Source of the DNA: Macrostomum lignano
Taxonomy: Eukaryota
Direction: 5' to 3'
DNA length: 64,000 nucleotides
NCBI GenBank assembly: GCA_002269645.1
Contig: NIVC01000446.1
Coordinates: forward strand, 496,001 to 560,000
Shown: piece after piece, positions 40,101 through 51,603 of the stretch
Layout of the letters: each line of letters opens with the position of its first letter
How positions within the stretch are numbered: the first letter of the stretch is position 1
Translations under genes and position numbers: made by a program
Notes under the pieces: generated by a model
Told to the model about the DNA's origin: nothing
The model's input: only the letters and a program-made list of their open reading frames with translations
The model's database searches: none

Positions 40101-40291
40101 CTTTTTTGAAGCACTTAAAATTGAAATTTGAAAATGAATTTTAAATTGTAGCATCGTCGGGACATTTGACATGTTTTGGTACCGGTTTGAAAGTTGAGTT
40201 GCAAGAATCCTAGGAGGAGATCGTCGACAAACCCGGCCCACCGGCCCACCCTACCACCGGACCACGACGTCAGCTTTAGTATATAGATAGA
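37170..40291 (-). mobile_element. Non-autonomous Helitron-like element, family B, copy 3
   Basis: 5' TCTATCTATATACTAAAGCTGACG. 3' hairpin + ttccaCTCG. Diverged CT-rich tract. TTAGGG x4. Confidence 0.72.
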
Positions 40292-43126
40292 CGAGTGGAA
40301 CTCCTCATTCGGAGGAGAAAGGGGAAGAACTCCCATCACCGGAATTCCATTCCCTGAAATATCCATCAACTGAAATTCCATGTCTTGAACCCTATCTTCC
40401 AAATCGTCTGCAAATTCTTTACAAACCTTTCAAGGACCATAGCTCAAAGACTCTTACGTCTCTCATATCTCCTCTCTCCTCTCTTAACTATTATCGTGAC
40501 TCTCTTCTCTCTCCTCTCTCTCATCTCATCTCTACCCCTACTCTCTTATTTATCTCTACTCTCTACTCCTTGTCTATCGTCTCTCTTAACCCTCTCTCTC
40601 TTCTCTTTTCTCTCCTCTCTGCTCTCATTTTTCATATCTCATATACGCTCTCACACTCTACTTTCTTGTCTCCCATCTTTCTTTCCTCCTTTCCACTATT
40701 CCCTGTCTCTTCTCTTCTCTCTTTTCTATTCTCTCTATTCTCTCTTTTCTCCTCTCCTTGCTCCTTTCATCTTCTCCCCTCTCTTCTCTAATCTCTAATC
40801 TCTTCTCTCTTATGTTCTCACTCATCTCTTCTCATCGCATCTCTCATCTCTCCTCTCCTCACTACTTTCCTCTCTTAACTCTCTCATCTCTGATCTTTCA
40901 TCTCTCTCCTCTCTCTCCTCTCATCTCTACTACCTTATTTATATCTTCTCTCTGGTCTTTCGTCTCTACTCTCTCCTGTCTCATTTCTCCTCTCTTTTCT
41001 CCTCTCTTCTCTCTCCCCTCCTCTCTTATCTCTCCTCCCTCATCTCACTCTTTCTTTCTCCTCTACTCTCCTTTCTCTTTTATTTCCTCTGTACGCTCTT
41101 ATCCCTCCTCTCTTCTCTCTCCTATCATCTCTCTTGTCTCCCTCTGCTATCTCATATCTCCCCTCTCATCTCCTCTCTCCTCTTCTCTTCTCTCCCCTTC
41201 GTTCCCGCCTTACTCCCCTCTTCTCTCCCATCTGTCATGTCTAATCTCTGCACTCATTTCTACTCTGTTGTCTATCATCTCATCTCTCTTCTCTTTTCAT
41301 TGTTCTCTTTACTCTCTTCTCTGAGTGATGAAGATGCCAAATCCATCAAGATCCTCTCCGCGAAGCAGTCTGTGCAACTGAAAATCAAAATCGTTTCCAT
41401 AAAACAGAAATCAATCATAAATTATCTCCGCGAAACAGAAATCCTGTCTGTGCAACTGAAAACCATCGAAATCCTCTCCGTGAAACTGGACTCCTTCAAA
41501 ATCCTCTCCTTGAAACTTAAATTTATCAAAATCGTCTCCATAAAACAGAAATCAATCATAAATTAACTCCGCGAAACAGAAATCCTCTCCGTGAAGCTGA
41601 ACATCATCGAAATCCTCTCCACGAAACAGAAATTCTCTCCGTCAAAATTAAAACATTGAAATCGTCTCCGCTAAACTGGACTTAATCGAATTTTTTCCGT
41701 CAAACAACTCAACTCTCCGGATTCATTGGTTAGGGTTAGGGTTAGGGTTAGGGTTAGGGTTAGAACTGCGCACAGGTTCGTGTTAAAAGGCACTGATAAA
41801 AATATTGAACTAATTGAATCAATTCATTGCGCAACCGATTTCACAGTCAGTCAGTATCAGTCTCAGTTAAAGTTAACAAAAACATTGCGCAATCTAAATC
41901 AACCCTCCAATACACAGCAGCAGTGAGAAGTTGAACCCTCCCCCCAACTTTATCTATTACGTCTCGCAAAACTGAGTACAATCTTTGCAGCAAGTTAAAA
42001 GTATGGAAATAGTTTTTCAAATGCTGTGCTTTTTATTTTTTATATTTAAAGCAAACAACTTATATCCCCGAACTCAGCGTTGCAAGATCTTTCCAGCAAT
42101 ATAAGTCTCTCCTCTCAAAGTTTAAAACTCGAGGAACAGTTAGCGTTTGAAATTTACCAATTTCCCGACTGCTTGACTGAGAGGCTCGCAAGTTTGTTCA
42201 TTGAATTTCATTGCCAAGCTAATACACAGGGCCGATAATAAAACCAATTGAATCTCGACACAGTCCTATCTATTTACACTGTACAACTGCTATGTACACT
42301 CAGCCCAAGCCCTACCCCCGTTCTGGGAAAACCATTAAATTTAACTCAACCCACTCAATATGAAAATCAGTCTATAGCCCATGCACCTCCCCAAATGCAC
42401 AGGGAGAGTCTAGGCTTGTGCATTGCACAGTCAGAATTGAAATTAATGAAACCCCTCCCCAGCCACTTAACGTTTTCACAATTGAAATCAAGAAATTTTC
42501 TATGACAAATTGCTCTGATGCAGTTGAGATTTCGGAACAGAAAATTATACCATTCTGTTCAGTTTTTCAAACTCTTTCCAACGGTGTGATTCACTTTTCT
42601 GTAGCTTCAAAATTGAAAGCAGAAATTAAGGTGCAAGTTTTCCCGTTTCTTACTTACAGAGCGCAATGTACACTCGGAGTTAAAATCAAGCCAATCCATT
42701 CTCGCGCAGTGTGCACCTCCACCCCATTTTAACACTGAGCAAGTAGGCAGGCCCGACCGCCGCCAACCAATTCTCGTCTCAAATGCCGGTACCCCTCCCA
42801 CAGCTGAAATGAAATACACTGCAGAGATAGGAGAAAAGTTGTGGCGCAACCATACAAAATAGCGCCAAGTGGCAAGTCCATGGAATGCGATATATAGACA
42901 TCTGGTTGTCTGGTTTGTGCTGTTTTCTGCTTTTTTGAAGCACTTAAAATTGAAATTTGAAAATGAATTTTAAACTGTAGCATCGTCGGGACATTTGACA
43001 TGTTTTGGTACCGGTTTGAAAGTTGAGTTGCAAGAATCCTAGGAGGAGATCGTCGACAAACCCGGCCCACCGGCCCACCCTACCACCGGACCACGACGTC
43101 AGCTTTAGTAAAGAGAGAGGAGGATT
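40292..43126 (-). mobile_element. Non-autonomous Helitron-like element, family B, copy 4 (near-identical to copy 1)
   Basis: Outer 5' end A|TCCTCCTCTCTCTCTTTACTAAAG at 43127/43126. 3' CTCG|TC junction at 40292/40291. Matches copy 1 at offset 7935-7936. Confidence 0.78.
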
Positions 43127-44959
43127 GTAAGACAATTAGCGCCTGAAAAATGAGCACTCGCAGATCGTGACCTACTATTTTAGCTAAATCAACTATTATA
43201 GTTACAGAACCCAAAAGGAGATTATAAAAAGTACGTCGTAGATACGATCGACTTTTGTACTCGGCTGGTGTATAGTAATTGCCATCTGACTTTTATGAGA
43301 TATTGCGCGATTCTTTAGCTGAGCTCCCGCGTTGCAAAAATTGGCACGATTTTGTACAAAAATAATCATCCATATTATTCGTCAAAGTTGATCCTTTTCT
43401 AGGTAATGTAATGAAAAAAATATAAGTTTCGACAGACAAGTATATTGCCAATATTTTAATTGATTTTAAAGTGCGCAAACTAAAGGCTTCATACATTTAC
43501 ACTTACGAAACGGTATAAAAGTAGTGCATATAAAGCCACTAAGCATAATTAATCAGCGCTAGCAAGGAAAAAAGCATAAAAATTTCCGTTATTAATTAAG
43601 CCTCAATAAAAAAGCGGGTGTCTACTAAAAATAGTAAGGAAAGCGTATGGAGAGCAGTTTTTTACTAAAAAAATCGTTGAAAAATATTAAATGGACAGTA
43701 TAACAATTTTAAACGTACTACGTACACGTACGAGCATAAGAGTACATAAGCGGATAATGCACTGATATATGAAATATTTTCAGAAGTCTCTCAGGCCACA
43801 CTATTAATGTACAAAACTTAAAATACACCAGAAACCAAAAGAAGGTTTGTTATTATACAGTACACAGGTAATTGATGACTTATGAGCCAAAATGTGGCAA
43901 GAGAATTAAAATATTGCTCCACATAATATCTTTTACACAATATCTATACATACACTTATTCATACATCCATACTTCCAGGCCGTCAACCCCCCTCCCTCA
44001 AGCGTCAGACTCTTGCGACACAACCCTATGGTTCCATTCCGTGCCCGGCCACATTCATTTGAGACTAATTGCAGGAGTGCGCGAAAATCGGCCCTGGGGG
44101 GGGGGGGTTGAGATTCACAGCCATGAGGGACAACCTCTAAAGACACAGAGATTGTATTGAGTACATGCCTGACGATTTGACAGTCAAAGGGCCGCATGTA
44201 CACCCTGTGTGAGCGTGTGTATGAGTGCGTATGAGTGATTATAAAATGACTATTCATAATAAGAAATCACCAGATAGATAAAATATTAAAAAATAGACAT
44301 TAAAAACAAAGTTGACATTGAGATTACAAGTTTATTAGGCAATTAGCTTCTGGACTTAATATAATCGTAGCTATTAAGCTTCACAAAAATGTTTAGCGAT
44401 AGCTAATAGCAGTAGGACTAGAAGAAAAAATTCTGAACCGATGCTAATTAATGCCACTTATAACTTGCCACTATTTTCGTATGCAACACGAATTAGGTGT
44501 AAAAAATAGGTTAATTGATAAATGGCTCAGGTAAAAGATACAGATTCATCTTTTTACGAAGTCAAAGATACACACTTAAATTGAATAACTATACAATATA
44601 ACATATCATAAGTTAGAAATGGTCTGGTTGATTTATATCAACCAGATAAATAATAATAAATAAGAAGCTTGTTAACAAGTACTACAAAGCAAGATAGTAA
44701 TTATTACGTAACAGCTTACGTCATCGTTTTCGGAAAACTACACGGCTTGAAGCAGGCAGAGGAACTAATAAAAATTACTCAAAATTCATTCAGAATTTTA
44801 AAGAAAAAAACATGCTTGAAAAAGTCTCCTTGCCCGTGGCTATGGTTACTAGATTGACTATTCTAGTTAGTAGTAAGTTACAGCCTAGGGCAGCTAGAAA
44901 AATATGGGCTTTTCCCCTAGTTCTGTTTATAAAAATTGTTTCAGAATTCCTTGGAGACC

Positions 44960-45450
44960 CCCCGGGCGCTACATTTGGCGCTGAAATTCCCTCTTCAGTG
45001 GCGCTACATTTGGCGCTAAAATCTACCCGTGGCGCTAACCTCTCTCTTGTGGCGCTAAATCTGGCGCTAAGATCTCTCTTGGCGCGCTGTTTGGCGCTAA
45101 GATCCCCATTGAGGCGCTACATTTGGCGCTAAAATCCACCCGTGGCGCTAAGATCTCCCTTGTGGCGCTACATTTGGCACTAAGATCCCCATTGTGGCGC
45201 TAAATTTGGCGCTAAGATCCCCATTGTGGCGCTACGCGCTAAGATCCCCTTGTCGCTAAGATCTCTTTGGGGCGCTACATTTGGCGCTAAAATCCACCCG
45301 CGGCGCTAAATATAAATCTCCAGCTCCCGCTATGAGCGTAAAATCCTCCACGCGGCGATAAATTGGGAGCTAAAAGCCCCTCCCAGCGGCGCTACATTTG
45401 GTGCTAAAATCTCTCTCTTCACCCCTAAGCGCTACATCTGGCGCTAAGTT
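44960..45450. repeat. Degenerate GGCGCT-based minisatellite
   Basis: Recurrent ggcgctacatttggcgctaa(g/a)atc(c/t)c... modules. Confidence 0.85.
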
Positions 45451-45508
45451 CTCCTCTGTGGCTCTCCTCTGTAAGTTCTCCTCATTTGGCCGTAAAAAGT
45501 TGCGTATA

Positions 45509-46217
45509 TCATTGGTACGATTTGTCCTCCGGGGGAGAATAAGCTGGCGGCGGCGCCTGGAGCGCTGGGTAGCCGCTGAAACCGGCATCGGCAGGTGGAG
45601 CGGACGCTGGCACAGCAGGATCGTGTCCCATAGGCTGTCTAGGATAAGCAGCCGTAGGTAAATTAGTAGCGACAGCACTGCCTGGAACAGGAGCGTAGGG
45701 CACAGGCGGGCCGGCCATTTGCATCGGTGGATGCGCAACGGCGTTTGGCTGCGGCACGTTTCGATTGCGTTGATTCTGTCGCGAGATGTATAGGTAAATG
45801 CCGAAACCGGCCCCGCAGCAACAGCAACAGCACAGTATAATTGACACTAACAGGACTGCCAACACGGGCCCGAATACAGCAGCATCGCCGTGATATCTAT
45901 AAAATTCCTCTTCATCGCAGCATCTCTGTTTCTCTTTACCGCAGCAATATTTAGAATCTTCATCATAATCCCATCCGATAGCGTCAGTGGGGCACACAAA
46001 ATATGAGTAGTTTTTCCCAACGCTAGGCCTGGTGGACAAGTCTTTATTAACTGGCGCCTTGAAACTGGGGCTCTCGCAGACGGCGATGTCATCGTAGGTA
46101 TTCAGATAGCTGTAGCCGTTCCCGTCACCGGTGGAGCTGAACTTGTGTCGCATGCGGCTGCCCACGTACACTGACCCAGCTAGGAGCAGCCGCTCCTTCT
46201 TCAGCGTGGACACGCCG
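45509..46217 (-). CDS. Shisa/CX-module-like type I membrane protein, exon 3 (Cys-rich ectodomain, TM, poly-Cys, Pro-rich tail with PPAY)
   Basis: C...C...CC...CC pattern, TM GPVLAVLLVSIILCCCCCCGAGFGIYLYI, PPPAY. Acceptor tgtttaacag|C (phase 2) matches the upstream donor. Confidence 0.85.
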
Positions 46218-46290
46218 CTGTTAAACATTGAGGGAATTTGCCACTTGTTGGTTTATAATTTGAGTCTTCGCAGTCAGAGACCGTGGGGAG

Positions 46291-46482
46291 GGGGGTTGTA
46301 GCCTAGTGGTTGTTAAGAGCGTAGGACTCACGACTGAAAGGTCGGGGGTTCGATTCTCCACCCATTCGGAACAATTTGTGTCCTTGAGCAAGACACCTAA
46401 CTCTGCATTGCTTCAGTTCACCCAGCTGTAAAATGGGTGCCAGCATTAGCTGGGCAAGTGTAATCAATTATTATTATATTTT
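46291..46482 (+). mobile_element. tRNA-derived SINE with CORE-like central domain (in intron 2 of the Shisa/CX-like gene)
   Basis: A box TAGCCTAGTGG (46299), B box GGTTCGATTC (46347), then tgtgtccttgagcaagacacctaac...cacccagctgtaaaatggg resembling the MIR/CORE consensus. AT-rich (TTA)-type tail. Confidence 0.8.
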
Positions 46483-46723
46483 TGGTTTCATTGATAAAGA
46501 AATAATAAACCGCCCAGGGTAAATTTGCATTTATAGAAAGCCGGACCATCGCAATATACAAAAATCGAAAACATTGCAATATTAAAATTAATGATATTAA
46601 AAATAGGCCTAGTGAAAATAACTAACTAGTTTAATTCCTTTTCAAAACTACGAGGCGCACTCGTAAGCACACAAGTATCAGCAATCACTAAAGGAATAAA
46701 ATTTAAAACCAATATAAACTCAC

Positions 46724-46910
46724 CCCATTCGTTGGAGAATGCCAACTGGCATGATGTAGTCTGACTTGCGAAATCCTCCACTTTTATATGGCGTGTAATA
46801 TGAGCGAGTATTCGATTGGAAAGAGCTTAAACGATTGCTTTGATCGCTTCTATAAGAGAAACTGCTGGAGTACCGATCAGAGGACACATAGCGCGTGGCT
46901 GCAGTGGCAT
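46724..46910 (-). CDS. Shisa/CX-like protein, exon 2 (Ser/Tyr/Arg-rich: ATAATRYVSSDRY...MPVGILQRMG)
   Basis: Acceptor ttttttgtaaacag|AT (phase 1), donor ATG GG|gtgagt (phase 2). Open throughout. Confidence 0.8.
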
Positions 46911-47417
46911 CTGTTTACAAAAAAATGATGTACATTTTCAAGTTTGTTAAGATGCAATATTTAATTTAATGCAATAAAAACTACATGTTCAAATAGTAGG
47001 CTAGTAGAATATATAGTACATTTACTATATGTACTATATAGTACAATACAATGTGAACATAATGTAATGAAAATGTTCTTCATAACCATTTTATTTGTAC
47101 ATTAATTAAACTTGAATCAAGGCTTAAATATATTGATAGTGTGCTATGTTGATTGCTATATAAAATTAAGCATTATATTGCATATAAAGTTTCTACTAAA
47201 CTAATAAATATAGACTTTGTAGGACATTATACATACTTGGGCATTAAATTGATAGTTATATTGTTTTTTGCAATAGGGATGCTATAGCATCTTTAATTTC
47301 GAAATTGCATCTTGAAATTTGACCTTATATACAATTTTGCATCTTAGTGCCAAAAAACCCCAGCTTATAAACCTAGATTAAAAAAGATTAATTTTTAATC
47401 TTTTTTAATCTTTTTAT

Positions 47418-47455
47418 ACCCTGACGACGGCCCTAGTGGGTTGAAACGCGTTGGT
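47418..47455 (+). ncRNA. Decayed minimal type I hammerhead ribozyme of Penelope-like-element type
   Basis: acc-CTGACGA-c-ggccc(tagt)gggtt-GAAAC-gc-GTT-ggt: conserved core, stem II with two G-U pairs, palindromic AACGCGTT stem III, 3-bp stem I. Confidence 0.6.
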
Positions 47456-48656
47456 TTTCGCCATAAATGTTGATCTTAAGCTTTATTTATTTGCTATTAA
47501 TTAAGCGAGCAACTCTACCACAATTAATTTTTTTTATTTTGATTCAGAAGACTTTTAAAATAAAAAACTACAAACTATTATCATAGACAAGAAATTCAAG
47601 AAAAGTTCTGACAAAATTACTGTTGTCCATATTGATTTAATTAGTTCTATATGAAGCCAGTCTATGCTGAAATCATATGATTTTATATTATTGAATATTT
47701 AAAAAAGAAATTTAAAAATTAAAAAAAACTTTGAAGAGCTTAGCTTAATTTAATGTTTTTAATCTCTAAAGATAATAAATAATAAATAAATAAAGTTACA
47801 GTTATAAAAGTTTTAAATAAACTTTCTACAAAACATACATTTGCTCTATTAGTGAACCTTAAAAGTTTAGAAATCAAGATATAAATATGTTTATCTAGTT
47901 TTTATCTGAAATTTACTTTCAAAAATATTTACAAAAAGCATATGTTTGGTAGAAAAACTAGAGTTATTAGACACTGGAGTCTAAGTCTTATGTTAGACTA
48001 TGGAGTCTCACTTAAACTTATACAATTGGACTATGTAAGAATTTTATAGTTTAAAGTTATATATATAATACACATAGATATATAACCTATGCATTTATAA
48101 ACCCTAGATTAGAATCATTTTGCTCTTGCTATAAACAACTAGAATAATTTAATGATTATAGTAATGATCATAGTAATTATAGTAATGTAATGATATGATT
48201 CAGATTAATCATTGCTAACCAATTGTTTTAAATAAATAAAAAATATCTAGGCCATTTATTATAATTTTTTCTTTGCTGGGTTGAATAAGGTAATTAAATT
48301 AAAACATTAATCTTTGTTCTTCAAAATTTAAAGCACCATTTTTTCTTTACAGTACAGATACAGTGCTATAGTGTTAGTGGCAAATAAGTAGAAAAACTAA
48401 CTATACAATTTCTCCATAGTATAGGACTCTCAAGCTTAATTTCTAGGCATTCTTTTTGTAAAATAATGAAGCCATTTAAGGCAAATATTAAAATATATAT
48501 TTTTCAAGTGTTTTGGTGCAATGACACTTTGTCCATCTAAGAAAAGCTATAGTTATAACTATTATATAATGCATATCTCAGTAAGTCTTTTTTACAGACA
48601 CTTACATTAGGTACGAAAGAAAACTGAATAGAAATCGCGAAGACGCGAATGTGTAC

Positions 48657-48720
48657 CTTGAGATAGCAGCGTAAGTAGGCCTAAACCAAACGCAATCACC
48701 AGATTCCGAATTCGATCCAT
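48657..48720 (-). CDS. Shisa/CX-like protein, exon 1 (signal peptide MDRIRNLVIAFGLGLLTLLSQ)
   Basis: ATG at 48720, hydrophobic core, donor CAA G|gtacac (phase 1). The three exons total 960 nt, giving 319 aa. Confidence 0.72.
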
Positions 48721-51603
48721 TTCGTAGTGCTCTGTAACTACAAAGTAAAAAAACCAGTCAGTTTGAAGGTAAATCCAAAATGCTTATTGTGACGGGTTGT
48801 TTTTTGCTTATTTAATGACTTGAAAACTTCCTAAAATTTTCACAAACACAGAGAAATCTAATGGCGCTATAGCCTCAACCAGCCCCAAGGTCAAGGCCAA
48901 AACCAAAACCAAAATTGTAAAAAGTTAGCTGTACTGTCTAAGAAATCTGCTGTTTAACATTTTAGGAATTGGTAACTCAATGACCATTAGAATGCTTAAT
49001 ATAGTAAGATACAAATAAAATACAAATCGAAAATATAGATTTAACAATTGAAGTTATTTTTCATTGTGTGTATTAGAGAAACACGTTACTTGTTGTTTTA
49101 CTTTTATTTTTTTCGGTGAATCAAAGACGAGTAAAAGATCCAAAGCATCTTAATCAGGGAACAGCAAACTCCGCGACGCCGCGTACCAAATCCCGCGAAG
49201 CCTCTTTATCCAGCCCTTTGGTCCAGCCCGCTTCAAGTTTAAACGCTTCTCAGCTTTCTTCTCTCTAATCGTCCTCTCCTATATCCTCTCCCTTCTCTCC
49301 TCCAATCGTTTTCTCTGCTTAACTCTCTCCTCTTGTCTCCTCTCCTCACCCCTGTCCTCTCTTTTCTGTTGTTGCTCCTCTCCTCTCCCCCTCTCCGATC
49401 TCTCCTCTCTCCTCTCTCCTCTCCTACATGTGTACATGTATGTATTGATCGCCTCTCCTCCCTTTCCTTATTCTCTCGCCTCTCCTTTCTCCTACTGTAT
49501 CTCTCTTCTCTCTTCTCTCTCCTCTCTTTTCCCTCTACTCTCCCCTTCTCTTGTTATGCGGCATATTCTCTATCTGGCCCTTGGGGCAAAAGGCGTGAAA
49601 TGATGTACATGTACATGTAGATGTAAAGATTTTCAGACTTTAACTCAAGGCGCCATAGTCCAAGCTTTATCAAACCGCGATAACTTTTCCGTTTACCAAG
49701 CGTAAGATCAGATAACAAGAAAAACAAATTGAGACACCTCATTCTATCTCTCATGCGGCAATTATGGCACTGTAGAGAAAATACTAACGATTGAATTATG
49801 AGATATTTAAATTAGAGTTAAATTGAATCTAAGATAAGCCAGTAAGTGGGCGCAGGGCCCAAACAAGTATATTTATATGACTTAATTTAGAGGGGGGTTG
49901 ACTCCAGATAATAAGGAGAGGGGTGAAGTGCGCGACTGAAGAGAGAGGCGAGAATGGAGAGCCAATCAGAAGGCAGCAAGGGAGAGAGAGAGATAAGAAT
50001 AACAAGATTGAGCTAGACAGAGAGAGAGAAAACAGAGTAAACAGAGACAAGTGAAGGTGAACTAAGAAATGACTAGGAAAGTCGCGACAGGCACTAACAC
50101 CTTTTTTACCTCCTATTTTGAACCAAAGTACGTCTTGTTCAAAAGAATTAAACAAGCAGAACTTCCACTTAAACACTTGAGAAATCTCAGCGCTTGTGGA
50201 AGTTTAACTCAAGCAAAGTCCATTTCTAATTGAAACAGATGAAATCCAATTCAGACTGACTGTGGCCGAAACTGTCCCTGAGTGAAGCGCACGCACAGAT
50301 TTGAAATTCAAAAGAAAAAAGTTTTCAAACAAACAAACATTCTATTTCGACAGAGATTTTTGCAGACTAGATACATTTTTTAACGACACCGAGTTAACGA
50401 CACCGAAGACTTGTAGATTCCGGACTACGTGCAGGTCAAGCGGCTTTCACCATACAGTCCGTTTATGACTCCTATGGACCAGTATAGACAAAGACATACG
50501 AGTAGACAAGAGGTGATATTCATATTGACATTTTGTCCTAAGTTTTCTTGAAATGGTCGAATTCCGGCCCTTGCCTTAAGCATGTATAAAATGCTACGTA
50601 CATGAGAGTGTGTAATATACATGTATAATTACTACCACATTTAGAGTCGAGAGGATTAAAAATATGAGGTTTTAGGCAAGTTAATTAAGGGCTCCATTGT
50701 TACAAACAGGCGTTTAAAGTAAAACAGGATGGCTTCGATCGCATTATATTTTTAATTGATGCCTTATCCATACAGCAGTTCCTATGGCTACATAGTTGCA
50801 ATCCACTGTTAATAAAACATTTCATATGAGCACTGAGTTTATAGTACTTTTAGAATCTAACGCACATGTGATGTATATCGAACAAATCCAATTCGATGGC
50901 AAATTTCTTCAAAATCTCATTAAGCACTATATATGCTTTATGCCTCAAATAAAAGTAATAATTTCGTGGAAAATATTTTCTGCTTTTTACCAGTAAAAAA
51001 GAATTAATTCATTCCAGCAGCTGCTAATGCATGTATCCATATTATATTGTAGCCCTTGGCAGTTTCTGACGAATGGCATTGAGCATGAGGGGCTCGCCTG
51101 CCCCTGCAGAATAGGACACATTCTTCCATTGAAAGCCAGGTCACGATATATGCATGCATATCCCAGGAGTTTAATGAATCAGCTTCATGAATGCAGCTTC
51201 ATGAATCGAAAATGAGATGTATAGATGATGTACATCATAGCTCAGTTCTGCAACACCCCCTACGGCGGGATACTGAGAATCAAGTAGATAAAGCCATTTG
51301 TCTTACCATCATTTTAGAACATCAGCATGTGATTACGAGCGTAAAGTTTATGTGTCGGAACAGTTTTACATCCTGTCAGCAAACTATAAGCTTGTAAATT
51401 AAATAACAACACGAAAGTGGTGCATGTGTTGTAATTGCAGAAGCTCAATTTTATGTGCTTACTTCAATAAGTCCATTGGGTTGGGAAAAGATCTTTCCTC
51501 AATCAGGTGGTAAAATACATCCAATAATCAAATGTCCTTATTTTGTTAAAGACCCTTCAATTTTGTTGTTTTGACGCTCGTGTCTTTTTCCGAGCAGACC
51601 GGG

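Noticed and set aside
23422-43126. Autonomous Helitron or captured genes within the array
   Set aside because: No Rep (HUH/Y2) or helicase-like ORF; the ORFs are short, low-complexity and not conserved between copies.
46218-46228. ATG 46228 as start of the Shisa/CX-like protein
   Set aside because: No signal peptide follows; a phase-matched acceptor at 46217 and two upstream exons give a better model.
48599-48670. Plus-strand exon TYIRYERKLNRNREDANVYLEIAA with cag/gtaagt borders
   Set aside because: Overlaps the minus-strand signal-peptide exon, which has phase support; probably a chance antisense pattern.
50425-50525. Signal-peptide-like MNITSCLLVCLCLYWSIG on the minus strand
   Set aside because: Weak donor and no supported downstream exon; the exon at 48657-48720 explains the nearby gene.
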